In this document: one piece after another, positions 23,871 through 37,929 of the stretch
Layout: every line of letters begins with the position of its first letter
Position numbering within the stretch: the stretch's first letter is position 1
DNA from: Sphaerodactylus townsendi
Taxonomy: Eukaryota
Length of the DNA stretch: 64,000 nucleotides
Assembly (NCBI RefSeq): GCF_021028975.2
Contig: NC_059427.1
Coordinates: 152,148,001-152,212,000 of the forward strand
Direction of reading: 5' to 3'
Notes under the pieces: generated by a model
What the model saw: only the letters and a program-made list of their open reading frames with translations
Databases searched by the model: none
Told to the model about the DNA's origin: nothing
Translations under genes and position numbers: made by a program

Positions 23871-24999
23871 ATCCCCCAGTTACAATATCACCTAGTTACA
23901 GCACAAATTATGTAAAAGGCCATGGACCAAGACCAAGGCAGGGTATGATTCCGTTTGAGGCAGTTTCATCTGTTTGCATATACAAGTCTGGACAAGGTCA
24001 CAAGCGTCAAGGAAGCATCTTGCTATTGGGGAGTCCCAATCTATAGAACCTTAAGATTCTCTGGTTTTTAAGGCAGTTTCAGAGTGCTTAACTGTGATGT
24101 GCTTCCCCTGATAAAAGCATCAGCAAATGTATGTGGGATTATAGGGGAAGTTGTGAGTTGGCAATGAGGGGAACAGTTATTTGGTGGGCTTCGTTCCAGA
24201 GAATGTAGGAGCCTTAAGTACATTTCCATTCTTGGGTTTGGGGTTTGGCAGGAAAGAGGCATGAAGATTGTAGCAATCCTGACTCATGCCTTGCATAGTT
24301 GCTTTGTGGTGTTATTATTATGGTCATTCCATTTGTATGTAGAAGTGAACCTAGACCAGAGAATAGATTTTACTCAACCCGAGAACACTGGAATCCTGGG
24401 CCACAGATGAGAATCTAAACCAACCTGTGAACATCATGAGCATTTCCTTCCTGGGGATGGCTCTTGCCAAAACAAACAAGACTTTTTCCAGCAGGAAGGA
24501 AGCCTCAATCAAGGGCTTTTATCAGGATCAAATGCAGACAGATTACAGACAGATTGAGTTTAGGGAGGGTAGTTTCCATGAAGAATCTCTTGCCTTGGCA
24601 GAATCTCTTCAGCTACTCCATCTACAATTTAAGGATTACATCTGAGACAGGCTCTCCCAGATCTTAGTGCTAAACGAGATTAACTGCCAGGAGTTCTGTG
24701 ATTGGAGCTCCTAGCATTGTCAGGCATGCAAAGGGAGATGTTCAAAGACCAGCCAGGTTGGCTCAACTCCTGCAATCGAGGAGCTGATTTTTTTTAATGA
24801 ACAGCTTGACCGTTCATACCATTCATAGCTGCTCAGCTGTGACTTGATAACAATTTCCACCACACCATGGGGGGAACTGGCCACTATTCCCCACTGCTGC
24901 TTCTCAGTCTGATTGGGAAATATCGGGTAAGCCATGCAGTACATTACTTCCAGTTCCAAATCAAAAGTTATCTCATTATATCACACCAACACTCTAGAC

Positions 25000-25077
25000 C
25001 AGGGGTGTCCAATTGGCCATGCCAGCAGGGACTGATGAGAATTTTAGTCCATTAACATCCAGAGTTGGACACCTGTG
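25000..25077. mobile_element. Internally deleted hAT MITE
   Basis: Perfect TSD CTCTAGAC (24992-24999, 25078-25085). Confidence 0.8.
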
Positions 25078-25828
25078 CTCTAGACTTTATCCAGAACTAG
25101 TCTAATCCTAGAATCTCAGTGGGACTTCATGACGTCACTTCTGGTTTTGCACCAGAAGTGATTAGTGCTGGTCATGTTGATACAAGTGCAACAATCTACT
25201 GCAGGATATGTCTTCATCTCTAGCTGTTTGCAAGAACTGAAGACAGATCATAAGGGAAAAGAAATCCTCCCATCTTTGTCTTTAGTTTCTGCTGCATGTT
25301 TTTCTGTGTCATAATCCTTTTCCAAGCCCTTTCCAAGTTTCTTAAAAGCTATTTTCTGCCTTTAGCCTGATACATTTTTACAAAACTGCTGCCATTTGAA
25401 TCCTTCTGAAGAGCTTCGCTGTTAACTTGATCAGAATCAGGAGATGTTCTCATTTCTTAGGCTAAAAGAACCCATTTAAAGAGACTTGGTAATATCAGAA
25501 ATTTATTATTTATTTATTTATATTTATGAGATGCCCTTTCTCATATGGGCTCAGGCATCATACAACATCAAACATAATAAATACAGCAAAATCCCACAAA
25601 ATTCATACATTTCAATGATATAGCACCGTAAAACCATGTGAGGGAAAGGTAATAAAAACCCCCATACCTATGAACCCCATTCATACTGGCCTAAAGGAAA
25701 GGAAGGACAGAGAAAAAGGAAAGGGAAAGGGAAAAAAAACAGGAAAGGGAGAGGGAGGGGAATCAGGGGCATACCACCCAGAGGGACATATGGGGTCAAA
25801 TGTTCCCAGGCTGTGGCAATTTAGTCAC

Positions 25829-25829
<1 letters not shown>

Positions 25830-25896
<67 letters not shown>
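25830..25896 (+). repeat. (TG)n microsatellite inside a hAT-like element (about 25764-26063)
   Basis: Uninterrupted TG run. Confidence 0.98.
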
Positions 25897-25899
<3 letters not shown>

Positions 25900-27000
25900 A
25901 ATTGCTCCCACATGCCTCCTCCTTCCCCCTGGGTCCATACACTGACTTCAAGACCTGGTACAAAAAAGCATTGTTTGGTTATGATGGGGGAGGGTGGCTG
26001 CCCTTATGGGGGGGAAGGGGAAGAAATCTCAGATTTTGCCCATTTTCCCTAAATATGCCTCTGGAGGGAACAGGAGGCCAAACAGAGCAGTGGCATACCA
26101 CTGCTGTCCTCAACCACAAGCCTGGCGGAATAGCTCTGTCTCTGTCCCTGCCGAACTGTTCCAGGAAAGATGGCAGACCAGTAATTGCCAGCTCTTGCAT
26201 TGTCAGCTCTGCTGGTTTGTGACTTTGGCTTCTGGGGAGAACCTTTCCAAGGCCAGAGATCAGTAATCTGGGGCCAAGGCCAAAACACAATGTGGGGTTC
26301 TTCCTTAATACACCACTCCAAATGCAGCATTTAATGCAGCATTTAATCATGATATATCAATTAAGTACTATAGATAGCAATTCAAGAGTACTATAGCAGT
26401 TAAAGTATCAGGTTAGGATCTGGTAAACACAGGATGAATTCCCACTCTTCCATGGAAACTTGCTGGGCCAGTCACACTCTCTCAGCCCTTGAGCATGTTA
26501 CGTAGTCGAACAGAAGACCTCCAAGGAATACCAGAGACAATACCAAGGGAAGGCAATGGCAAACCACCTCGGAATGCCTCTTGCCTTGAAATCCCCACTA
26601 GGGGTCACCAGAAATCAGCAGTGGCTTGCCAGCAAAAAAACAAACACAAAAAACACCAATTCACTAGGTAGGAACAGCAGGTTCCTATTTGAATGGGTAA
26701 ACTGCTGCCTTGAAGGTCAAAGGTGGAAGATCAGTTGGGTGAAACCTCTTTTGTCCCACTAGCCTTTGGCAATGTGGCCCAATTTATCTGGAGGCTCTCA
26801 GCCTAGTGGAGCCCTAGGAAAGTCTGGTCACTTTGAACCCTTTTCTGCATCATTGATCTTTTCTGATCCCATTATCTGAGACCCTCTGACTAATATTGCT
26901 TTGTATTAAAGCTGTAACTCTTTTTTCTGCAAAGTCTTTGGTTGTGGTAATGGTGAAAAGTGCTCCCATGTTGCAGCCCACTTCTGGTGACCTTGTAGGG

Positions 27001-27146
27001 CAGGGGTGTCCAACTCTGGTGCTTCAGATGTTCATGGACTATAATTCCCATCAGCCTTCCTGGCATGGAAATCCTCCCATCTTGGCCATGCCAGCAGTGG
27101 CTGATGGGAATTGTAGTCCATGAACATCTGAACTTGGATACCTCTG
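27001..27146. mobile_element. Palindromic hAT-Charlie-type MITE
   Basis: CAGGGGTGTCCAA...TTGGATACCTCTG; TSD TTGTAGGG/CTGTAGGG. Confidence 0.8.
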
Positions 27147-28867
27147 CTGTAGGGTTTTCAGGTACAGAGATTAACAAAGATGGCTAGCCACTGCCTTCCT
27201 CCATGCAGCAGCCCTGCATTTCCTTGGTGGTCTCCCATTCAAGTACTTACCAGGGCTGACCCTACTTAGCTTCTGAGATTTGATGAGATCAGGCCAGCCT
27301 AGTCCATCCAGCTCTGGGGATAGCACATGTGCACTTGTGCTTCTGGGTAATGCTCATGAAGTGTGTCTGCTTGCACATTTTTACCTCAGGTCATGTTCTC
27401 CTCTAGCTATGGGAATGTGCTGCCTGCAGCTCTCTGGGATGATACTCCACTGCCAGCAAGCTCTGGAGGATCTGGTTTCCAGTCTTGCACTGAGCTGGAT
27501 TAGTTAATCACAAAGAAGGTAAATCCCTCTGCCCTTTCCCACGGCCTGGGCTTGGGGCTTGTCCCAGCTCTGCCCTTTTATAATCTGCAGCATCACTCCC
27601 TCATTCCAGAACTAGGGGGTGGGGGAGGAATGGTCTAAAAAAGCTGCGAATTAAACTAAAACCCCAATACAGAAAGAGGGAGAGGCACAGAAAGTTCAGG
27701 GATGAAGCAAAGATGTGTTCAAATGATGTGTGTGCGTGCATGCGTGTGTGGTGGTTGGGGGAGGGGATCAGGTGCTTGCTCCAAAGCTAGAGAAGCAGAA
27801 TGTGGTAATGAGAAGGTGAAATGGAGGACTTCAGATGTATATGTTTCAGGCAGGGGTCAGCAATCTTTTCCAGTTAAAGAGCCAAATGTTGCCAGCATTC
27901 AGAACAAGGGATCAACAGAAAGCCAGTACAAGAGAGCATGTTTTCATAACTAAAAACAGGCAACTTAATATTGCTTATGACTGATTTGTTGATTTAAAAT
28001 CCAGAAAGTGTCCACAGGCCAAACACTGGTAGTTGTATCTCCTGTATCAGGAAAGGGCATATATAAGATTTCACAATTAGTAGAAAACATCCACAGGAAC
28101 ACACTGCACTATTGTTTCAGTGCACTGGCATAAACCTGTGCAAGTCAAAGTTACTGGAAAACATTCACATTCACCTCTACCACCTCTCTTTCTGTAAACC
28201 AAGGGTCCCCAACCTTTTAGAGCCTGTAGGATCTTTGGAATTCTGCCATTTGATGTTGGGCAGAATGACAAAATGGCTGCTTCAGGTGGCAAAGCCAGCC
28301 ACAAAATGTCAGGGAGTTAAGTCATGTTTAACTTCACTAGTAACTCTTGAACATTTCAGGCAGAACCTGTGTTGAACATGATGACTTTTGAAACAAACAT
28401 TGTTTTAAAATATATCCTTTCATATAGCTCGTCTTCTGTCATACAGCGAAGATCCTTATGCTGTGGTGGCAGCTGCTGCTGAAGTAAATTTCAAATAATA
28501 TGAACATCCAAATAGAACTCCAGTGGCAGATTATAAACCCCACCTGACCCTGTCCACTTTCAAAAAACATTTGATAGGTGCCAGGAAAGGTGTTGATGGT
28601 TGCACCCATGGGCACCTTTTAGAAGACCTTTAAGCCCATAAACATCTTTGCCTGCTGTTCCTTTCACATCCCAATATTCCTCAACTTAAAGGTTCAGTTT
28701 TCTTTTTCAAAGAGCCACATTGGTTCCTTAGCTGAGCCATCCCTAGTTCCAGAGCCAGAGTTTGCAGGCTCTTGAGCTGAGGGATAACCTATTCAAGTAT
28801 AGCCATCATTGCTTCACCTTTGTTTTAGGGTCCCCCCGCCCCTCCATGATTGAAAGCAACTGCAAAG

Positions 28868-29185
28868 GGAGCAGCAGTGGCGTAGGAGTTTAAGAGGTTG
28901 TGTATCTAATCTGGAGGAACCAAGTTTGATTCCCAGCTCTGCCGCCTGAGCTGTGGAGGTTTATCTGGGGAATTCAGATTAGCCTGTACACTCCCACACA
29001 CACTAGCTGGGTGACCTTGGGCTAGTCACAGCTTCTCAGAGCTCTCTCAGCCTCACCTACCTCACAGGGTGTTTGTTGTGAGGGGGGAAGGGCAAGGAGA
29101 TTGTAAGCCCCTTTGAGACTCCTACAGGAGAGAAAGGGGGGGATATAAATCCAAACTTGTCCTCGTCCTCCTCCTCCTTCTCCTC
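28868..29185 (+). mobile_element. tRNA-derived SINE, same family
   Basis: GTGGCGTAGGAGTTAAGAG...GTTTGATTCCC...GGGTGACCTTGGGCTAGTCAC...ATATAAATCCAAAC. Confidence 0.8.
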
Positions 29186-29208
29186 AAGCTTAAGCTCTTG
29201 GAAGTAAA

Positions 29209-29379
29209 NNNNNNNNNNNNNNNNNNNNNNNNNNNNNNNNNNNNNNNNNNNNNNNNNNNNNNNNNNNNNNNNNNNNNNNNNNNNNNNNNNNNNNNNNNNN
29301 NNNNNNNNNNNNNNNNNNNNNNNNNNNNNNNNNNNNNNNNNNNNNNNNNNNNNNNNNNNNNNNNNNNNNNNNNNNNNNN
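29209..29379. other. Assembly gap (171 N)
   Basis: Run of N. Confidence 1.
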
Positions 29380-32376
29380 GGCCATAGCACTCAGGAAGGT
29401 ATGGATTAATTCATCCCCCTCTCACTATTCAACACCCCTCCTTTGAAACTGGGGGCAAAAAAACAGTGTAATGCCTACCTTCTTTTTCATTGCAACTAAT
29501 GGAAAGTCACGTGCAGAGGGAATTTGTATTGATGAAATGGGGCACAAGAAAGGGGTTAGCCCTGCCTCCCTAGCACTACCACTCGGCTATAATTTTCACA
29601 TCTCACACAGATGCTTACACATGAAGCTATTTTATAGTGAATCAAACAATTGGTCCATAAAGGTCAGCACTGTCTACTCTGGCTGGCAGCTGCCCCCCAA
29701 GGCAGAGGTCTTCCACATTATCTTCTGACTGGTCCCTTTGAACTGGAGGTGCCCAGGACTGAACCTGGGGCCTGATGTTCTACCACTGAGCCATTGCCCC
29801 ACCTCAAAGATCAATCTGATGAAGCTGCCTCATACTGAATTGAACTATTGTATCGGTCTATTCAGGTCAGTATTGTCTACTCAGACTGGAAGCAGCTCTC
29901 CAGAGGCAGAGATCTTTCACGTCACCTACCTTGTCCTTTGCAACTGGAGATGCTGGGGATTGAACCTGGGCTATTTGGCATGCATATCAGAGGCTCTTCC
30001 ACTTCGCCACAGCCCCTCCTTTTTGAAACTTTAAAGATTTTGGGAGACCAATCTGTCTGACACAATTTTATCCTGGGCTTCCTGCAGGAAGCTGAGGGTG
30101 GCAGACATTCCTCCAATTTATCCCAAAAACAATAAACTGAGCAGGTCTATTGAGAGGCAGCATGCCAGATGTTCTAAATAAATAAACATAGGAACATGAC
30201 AGGGCACATGTTGCCCTCCTGAGCCATTTCAAGTTGAGAAAACACTCCAGTTGTGTCTGTGAGGGGTGGGGGGTGAAGCTCGCTCTCCACATATTTCGGA
30301 GCCCTGATCCAAATTGGGATTAAGTTCCTGGCACAAAACTTACATGTTTGATTGTTCAGAATCAGGAAAGACCTGGGGGAAAATGCAATATGTAGGATAT
30401 GTGTGACATGAGCCATATTGGGAATTTCTGACCCATCTGCACTTACACTTTGGGACTCACTTTGGTAGCTCAGAATGGCTAAGTTGTTGTAAGTGGGGAA
30501 GAACAATTTCAGCCTTCCCACCCACACCATTTTCCCTATTGGAAATGGCTGGGTGGGACTTGTTCATCCCTTTTGGGGGGCTCTATGTGTTCTTGAACAC
30601 GTGATCCCACAACATGGTGCCAAAGGCAGGGACAAACAGACCGCCCTGTAGTCCTTTCCATTAGGGAAAATGGTATGAGAGGGAAACAGTTCTTTCTCCC
30701 CACCCCCCACCTACAAACCATTTGGAGCTATGATGAGTGACTGAGGTAAATCCCCAAACGTACATGCCCTAACCCTAACACAACACAGCTTGCATCACAT
30801 ATGCCCTTTCAGCAGATACGTTACTAGTTTACAGCTAGGCTACCAGTTTGATGTCTAACCATTACCCCACATTTTACAACCAGTCAGTCCCTGATTCCAA
30901 CAGAATGTGAAGTTTAGCCCTGAGTAAAGGAAATCATAAGAGTGTGCTATTACCCAAGGTGGAGATGCAGTCTCTCAATAATGTAGGGAAAACCCTCCAA
31001 CACATCCATTTTATCCAGGGGAATTGATCTATGTAGTCTGGAGAGGAGATGTAATTCCAGGAAATCCCCAGGTCTCACCTGAAGGATGGCATCCCTACTC
31101 CAGGGGCAGCCCTTTTGTGAAGGTCCCACAATGACACCCATTGAGCACCCCTTATTTTTCTCTATATTTCAAAAGTGTCCACAGGCTCAACAAGTTTGAT
31201 TAGCTCTTTCTTAAGCCTTGTTGTCTGCATGCTGTGAGGCATGCCCTGCATCAGGCGGGTTGGTGTCAGGTTAACCCTTGGGTGTTCTGGGAAGAAAAAA
31301 ATGATACAATGACAGTGTTTGGTTGTTCTGGAAAGTCTGCAAACTATGCAGTGCCGCCATCACTTAGGAATACGCTGAGGGTCTTGCTGACTCAAGGTTG
31401 GCTCAGCCTTCCATCCTCCTAAGGTTGATAAAATGAGTCCCCTGTTTGCTTGAGGTAAAGTGAAGACAACCGGGGAAGGCAATGGCAGCCTCCATGATCC
31501 ATGACAATTCCCTGCTATGTGCAAGTTGTGTCTTGAGGTCACAACCTTTGACTGATAACCATGGATGTGTAAGCTCATCCACCTCCTCCATCCACCTCCC
31601 TGCCTGCCCTAGATGAGAATGGTTTTCCAGGCCTCACAGTTACCATTCCAAGTGTCCAGGTACCCATATTATTCACATGAAAGCATATTTCTTCCCCTTC
31701 CCCCAGCCCTCCTTGGTAATGCTCTTTATCAGAGCAGCTGGGAGTCAGTTGGCTGTCTCTCTAATCACAGAGGGTGGGGAAAGCTTTGCGCCTGAAGATA
31801 AGGTTCCAGTACCTTTCAGAATCTCTTCAGAGTCTCCATATGGACATGCAAGATGGAAGAAGCGGTGGGGCTGACAGATGTCTACACGGATAGATAGCTG
31901 TTTTTGAGGTCAGTTTACTGAGCTCCTCATTGTTATCATCTCTGTTTTTGTCTTAGTTCTATTATACTTTTTAAAAAATGAAGTGAACCCTCTTGTTTAC
32001 CTCCATAGTGGAAAAGAGCAAGTTATGGTTACAAAATGACTTTGAAACTCAAGTAGCTTGCAAAATGGCTGCTCAATCTTCCATTCTCTATCTGTGCCAT
32101 AAATTAATCAAGAATAAAACAGTTATATTACTCTTTATTTTACTTTCACTCCTGGGCATCTTCTGTCTTTCTCCATTTAGGGAAAGGCTTCTGGAGAAAT
32201 AATAAGGCTCAGACAAGAATATGTAAGGTTAGCTAACATTCAAGAAGAAAAATCTTCTCTTTATATTTGAAGATATAAACAAAGGCGATTCCAGTTTAAA
32301 GGAATTCTACTGTAGGCCAACAGATGCATCAGCTGGGTTACAAAGTATGTTTTGACTTAACCAATACAGGATAGCT

Positions 32377-32502
32377 CAGGGGTCTGCAACCTGCGGCCCT
32401 CCACATGTTCATGGACTACAATTCCCAATTGGCCATGCTGGCAGGGGCTGCTGAGAATTGTAGTCCATGAACATCTGGAGAGCCACAGGTTGCAGACCCC
32501 TG
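32377..32502. mobile_element. Palindromic hAT-Charlie-type MITE
   Basis: TIR CAGGGGTCTGCAACCTG; TSD GGATAGCT/GGATAGCC. Confidence 0.85.
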
Positions 32503-32874
32503 GGATAGCCAATTCTGGATGGGGAAATCCCTGAAGATCTGGGGATAGAAACTGGGGAGGGCAGGGTTTGGAGAGGGAAGAGGCCTTAGCAGGGAATGAT
32601 GTCATAGAATCCATCCTCCAAGGCAGCCATTTTCTCCAGAACAACTGATATCTGTCATCTGGAGATCAATTGTAATTCCACTGCCCACCTGGAGATTGGC
32701 AATCCTACCAGAACCTGTGTGGGTGACAATGTAATTTGAATCCAGCATTGCCTGGTTACTGATTCCATCTATTTTGGGCAATTATTTTATGATTTTAGAT
32801 TGTAAATGCTTTCTACGTTTATTGTACACCGCCCAGAGCCCTCCAGAGGTTGGGCGGTCTATCAAGTCTAATAA

Positions 32875-32948
32875 ATAATAGTAATAGTAATAGTAATAGT
32901 AATAATAATAGTAATATTAATAGTAATAGTAATAGTAATAGTAATAAT
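32875..32948 (+). repeat. (TAATAG)n/(TAA)n simple repeat
   Basis: Directly visible; tail of an upstream retroelement end. Confidence 0.95.
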
Positions 32949-34418
32949 CCCGTGATAAGTTACTCTTCATTTTTAGGGAGATGGTTAGAATATGCTGAAT
33001 TAATCAATAATAATATAAAAGTATTACTTCATATTTCTGTCATTCTGACAATGAAAGAGTCCAGTGTCGCTAGATTAATATGAGGGTCCCCAGATTGCCA
33101 AGAAATTCATGCATGATCATGGGCCAATCCTCCTCTCAGCCTAACTTATCCCCACAGACTTGTTGTAAAAGAAGGACAATATATGCAATTCTGAACAACT
33201 TGAGGGAACATTGGGTTGAAAACATACTAGGCAGATTGATGGGATTTAGAATATTTTTAACATACATGGCCCTGGTGCCCACCAACACCTTCCCTAGTAC
33301 CTGCCAAGGACTTCACTGTGTGAGATAAATTGGAGTCAAAGAAGACAGATGGGAGAAGAGACTATAAAGGATGAACGTGCTGCTGCTTACTTAAGAAATG
33401 AAGAAATAAAAATCCCTAGGGAGGGAGGGGGGAAAAGGGGGAAAGGACAAAATGTAAACTATTTAACATATTTGTAAGAATCTGGTCCAATTATACCAAT
33501 ACTTTTTTTAAAAAAGGACTTCACTGTGTGACTGAGGGCAGGCCCACAGCAGCCATTTTGTGACTGGCTTTGCCATCTGCAGCCATTTTGTGGTGGCCCC
33601 CACCATGCCTTTTCTGAAGGCAATGGATGTAGAAATGATATGGCAGGACAAGAAGCGAACAAGATGTGGGAAGTAGTAGGCAACAGAGAGAACAGTGAGA
33701 GGGAAGCGCACAAAGCAACATGAAGGAGTGTGGGATAAGACTATGCGAGCTGGCTATAGGCTGAGGGAAGAGGTCTGGGAACTGCAGCCTAGTTAGAAAA
33801 GCAATTTTATTATTTTCTATCCATATGTATATCCTTCCAATTTGGTGTTATTTTGTAAATAATCTTTTCATAACATCTCATTCACAGTGTGCTGGCTCTG
33901 TTGTTTTTATTGCATGGCTAAATATGATTATGAATATTAATATCTCACCCCAACACAAAGAAGGGCAGACTGAGAGAAACTCTGCCCAAAGGTCACCTAG
34001 CTAGGTTCATGGATGAGTGGAGATTTGCATCTAGCTGTCCAAATCCTCTTCCAATGCTCTCACTACACCATACTTTTGATTTTAGGTTTTGGCAAGGAGA
34101 CAAGACACGCTCTTAAAGAATCAGGGTTGCCAAGAGCCACTACTCTACCTCTTTCTTTCCACAAGGTTATCACAGTGCCAATTGATGGGTGTTTTGGCTG
34201 ATGCCTGCTCATAGGGATGTGACTATTCTGCGAGGCCACATCATAGAGCCCAGTTCTTCATGATGGGCGTAGAGGTCAGCATCCTAAAAATTGAAGTCTC
34301 TAGTCCTCGTGATTACAAATGTAATGTAATGGCTAGTGAAACTTCAGCCTCAAGGTCTGAATAGGCTTTTTAGTAGACTGGGAGGTGGGAGTGGCAGAGC
34401 TACTGTGTCCTCCTAAAT

Positions 34419-34929
34419 CAGTGATGGCGAACCTTTTCGAGACCGAGTGCCCAAACTGCAACCCAAAACCTACTTATTTATCACAAAGTGCCAACATGGC
34501 AAAATAACTTGAATAATTTCGGAGGTTTTGAAAGCATAAAAGTTGGTTCAGGCCAGCCAGCTTACTCGAGTAAGCTTGGTGGTAGTCGGTGGCTTTGCTT
34601 TGAAGCAACTGTGCAATGCTTCAAATGGGTGAATCACGAACCTAGGAGGGTTTACTCAGAAGCAAACCCCATTGCCAGCAACCGAGCTTACTCCCAGGTA
34701 AAGGATCATGCTTTCGTTCTTCCCATGAAAATCAGTAGGGTTTAACAGTGCTTAACAGGGTTACCTACACTGCTTCCCAAAATCCAGGGTCTTAGGTTTA
34801 ATGCTAATAATCTCCTGAAAATAATTACACTATTTTCTATATGATTTAACTCTGTGCACGCCGCGTCTACAGAGAGAGTGGGCTCTGAGTGCCACCTCTG
34901 CCGCCCGTGCCATAGGTTCGCCACCACTG
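34419..34929. mobile_element. Same hAT family, opposite orientation
   Basis: TIRs CAGTGATGGCGAACC / GGTTCGCCACCACTG; perfect TSD TCCTAAAT (34411-34418, 34930-34937); interior is the reverse complement of 19827-20327. Confidence 0.9.
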
Positions 34930-35073
34930 TCCTAAATCCTTTCATTCTCCCCAAAGACTGACACAAAAGACTAGATTAGGCAGAATTGCATGTTCTATTT
35001 AGGCAGCAACGTTCCTGACCCAGAATTGGAGTTACTTTAATGTATAGTTTTCAGATGTTAATTGCATACATAT

Positions 35074-35285
35074 CCTTACCTGGATGGCCAAAGCTAGCCT
35101 GATCTCATCAGATTTCAGAAGCTAAGCAGGATTGGCCCTGGTCAGTATTTGGATGGGAGACCATCAAGGAAGTCCCGGGTTTCTATTCAGGCAGGAAATG
35201 ACAAACCACATCTGAAAGTACCTTGCCCTTAAAACCTGATGGGGCTGCCATAATTTGGCTGCAACTTGACAGCACTGTCCACCAC
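35074..35285 (+). mobile_element. 5S-derived SINE
   Basis: CCTGATCTCATCAGATTTCAGAAGCTAAGCAGG...AGTATTTGGATGGGAGACC plus tail. Further copies at about 500-636, 15146-15335, 27175-27315, 37975-38182, 47640-47730 and 50640-50755. Confidence 0.8.
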
Positions 35286-37865
35286 CGACTGCATGCACAC
35301 ATAGCCCTGCCTATACTTACCAGTTACTGCCTGTGCCTTGGGGAAGAGCAGATAGAGCTAATTAACACATACTGCATGTGTTAATTTGTAAGTGGGATGT
35401 GTGGGATGTGTGGACCTCTGATGTTCACTGAACCATACAGACTGTCTCACACTAGATTTTTCTTCCGTCCTGGCAGGAGATGCTCCTGCAGGAAAATCAA
35501 ACAAGACTCCAGCGAAAACTTAGAATCATAGGCCCTTTATAGATTCAATGCTTACTCCATGGCTGTGGGGGTTTCTTGCTTTTTTAAAAAAAGAGATTCT
35601 CTTCCTGTGAAGTGTCTCCAGGTAAGCCAATCCATTTTTTACCAATCTGTTTTCTCTGTGCAGTTTCCAGCTGGGGAGGGTACTCTCTACTCCCCCCCCC
35701 CTTTGGGTGTGCCATTTTGGTTCTAGTGTTATTTTGCTAGACCATGTGAAGTTCATGTAGATTTTACTGGTCTGCAGTAATAAATAGGTAGTGCTAAAAT
35801 AATTTTGTCCTGATAAGTTCTTCTGATCGCTCTGAATTGCTGTCCCAAAGAATGGGAGGAACTGTTGTTGGGTGGGCAGGGGAAGGTGAGGAGGAGTGAA
35901 AAAACCCAGTGTAAGCCAAACACATGCTGTCTCCCTTTGCTTTCCTTGCAAAGCGAGAGGAAAAGCCATGCTTTCAGAGGTATTGGAAATGGCAGGGATT
36001 CTCTGGTCAGAGACACAGTTTGGTTAGAAAGGGGGAAAACATGCATTACAAATAATCCAGTCCAAAGGAAATGTACACTCAATGTAAAGCAGACCACAAG
36101 TGCGTAACGGCCATAGATTTGGAAAGGGCCATACATGCCATCTAGTCTAAATACCTGCTGATAAAATTTATTCCAGTTTATGGTTCTATGAGACAGAGCC
36201 CTCTTCATCAGATGTATGCAGTGTCCACTCATGGAGCAGATGTATTGGTATTTAAGACTACAAACAGAAAAGAGTGGAGAAATTTTAAGAGAGGTCATCC
36301 ATCCAGAAGAGTAACCTCTCAATGCAATCAAAGTTGGCGTGGACTCCACTAGATTTACAAGCAGGAACGTTGGTGATTTATAAAGTTGCTCACTGCCCTC
36401 CAGTGGCCAGATAGACAAAATTTGTGTGTAACTGTGTATGGGTGAGAGGCACATATTGTAAAACATTTTCAGCCCCCCCCCCCTTTACCACAGGGTATGT
36501 TTGCACTCACCCCCAATTCATGGCCACCATTAAGTGTTTTTTCCCTTTTAAAAAGAAAGTTGTGGAATCGATGCTTCAGTGCTTCACAGCTATGTACTGC
36601 GATTCTATACACCTGATATAATCGGTGCTTCAAAGATTAAGCACCCCAACATTAAAAAAACAAACAGTAATAATGAAAATAAACAGGCAAGGGGTGAGCT
36701 CAGCAAAGTGATAAAATGGCACTGAGGAAGTTTGGGGACTGCACAATGGCATGGCAAACGTAGTAAATAGATCACCCAGCAAGTGAAGCTGTTTTGAAAA
36801 TGTTCCAACCAAATAATTGTTTTAAAAGAGGATTCACTGAAAATATTTTGAGCTGGAAGTAAAACGTTTTCAGAATGAAAGGGGGTGGGTAGGAAATAAT
36901 GTGTAACTCCATGGAGGAGATGTTTTATTTCCTGCTCAAAACGTCTTTAAAGGTTTGTGTGGAAGGAGACAAACAGACACTGTCAAATCTCAGTTGACTA
37001 TAGTATTATACTAGCTGTGGGGTTTTTTCATGGCTGTGCAGTTTTGGACTGGTAGTTGTTGGTCCCAATGTTTTGCCCGCATCTGTGGTATTATACTCTG
37101 TTAACCCGCCTCCTCAAACCCTGCCCTCTGCAGGCTCCACCCTCAAAATCCCATCTTGGCGTTGGCAACCCTGTGGACCCAAACAGAAGTCCATATTTCT
37201 TACTGCAGAAATCCTGATTTCAGCAATGTCACTGCTGCCCATTATGTTGCAATTGGGATCACTAAATGCTAAAATCATCACCCTGTATGCATTCAAAGAC
37301 AGCTCTCTTCTGTTTTTGGACTCTCTCCCCACCCCCACCCCCACACAGTATTTATGCATACCATTGGTGTCTTGTGCATCACCTCTCCCCCCAAATTGTC
37401 ATCTGGTGTGGCTGTAACACATGGGTGAAATATATCTGCTGTTAGCTTAAGTGGGGTGATGTTATTATTATTGACTCTAACATTATAATTGACTGTAGCT
37501 GGACTCAGATGTATGAGGAAAAATGGAATTCCTCAGTAGTGAAATGGAATTCCCTCAGTAGTGAACATGAGCACAGGAGAGATTTATTTATTTTCTTAAT
37601 TTCTCCTCAGTGGGGACCCAAATTTTGTAAGACTTTTTGAAATGTCATTTACTTGTGCTGCTATTTATATTTCTTGTCGGGCTGTTATTTTCTAACTACT
37701 GCTTTGCTGTAGCTTATGGGAGTATTCATGGAAACGGGTTGTTGCAACATTATTTATTGTGGTTTTTAAAATTCTAGTTTTATGCTCCTTGTTGTGCCCA
37801 AGGGGCCGGCATTTTATTTTCATTTCTCCTTTGCGAAAATGGTAAATTGCCTCAACCCATTGGAC

Positions 37866-37869
<4 letters not shown>

Positions 37870-37928
<59 letters not shown>
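37870..37928 (+). repeat. Compound (TG)n(AG)n microsatellite
   Basis: Directly visible. Confidence 0.98.

Positions 37929-37929
<1 letters not shown>

Noticed and set aside
35753-36466. 237-aa ORF
   Set aside because: No recognisable domain; it crosses repeat fragments, including a CR1-like tail.
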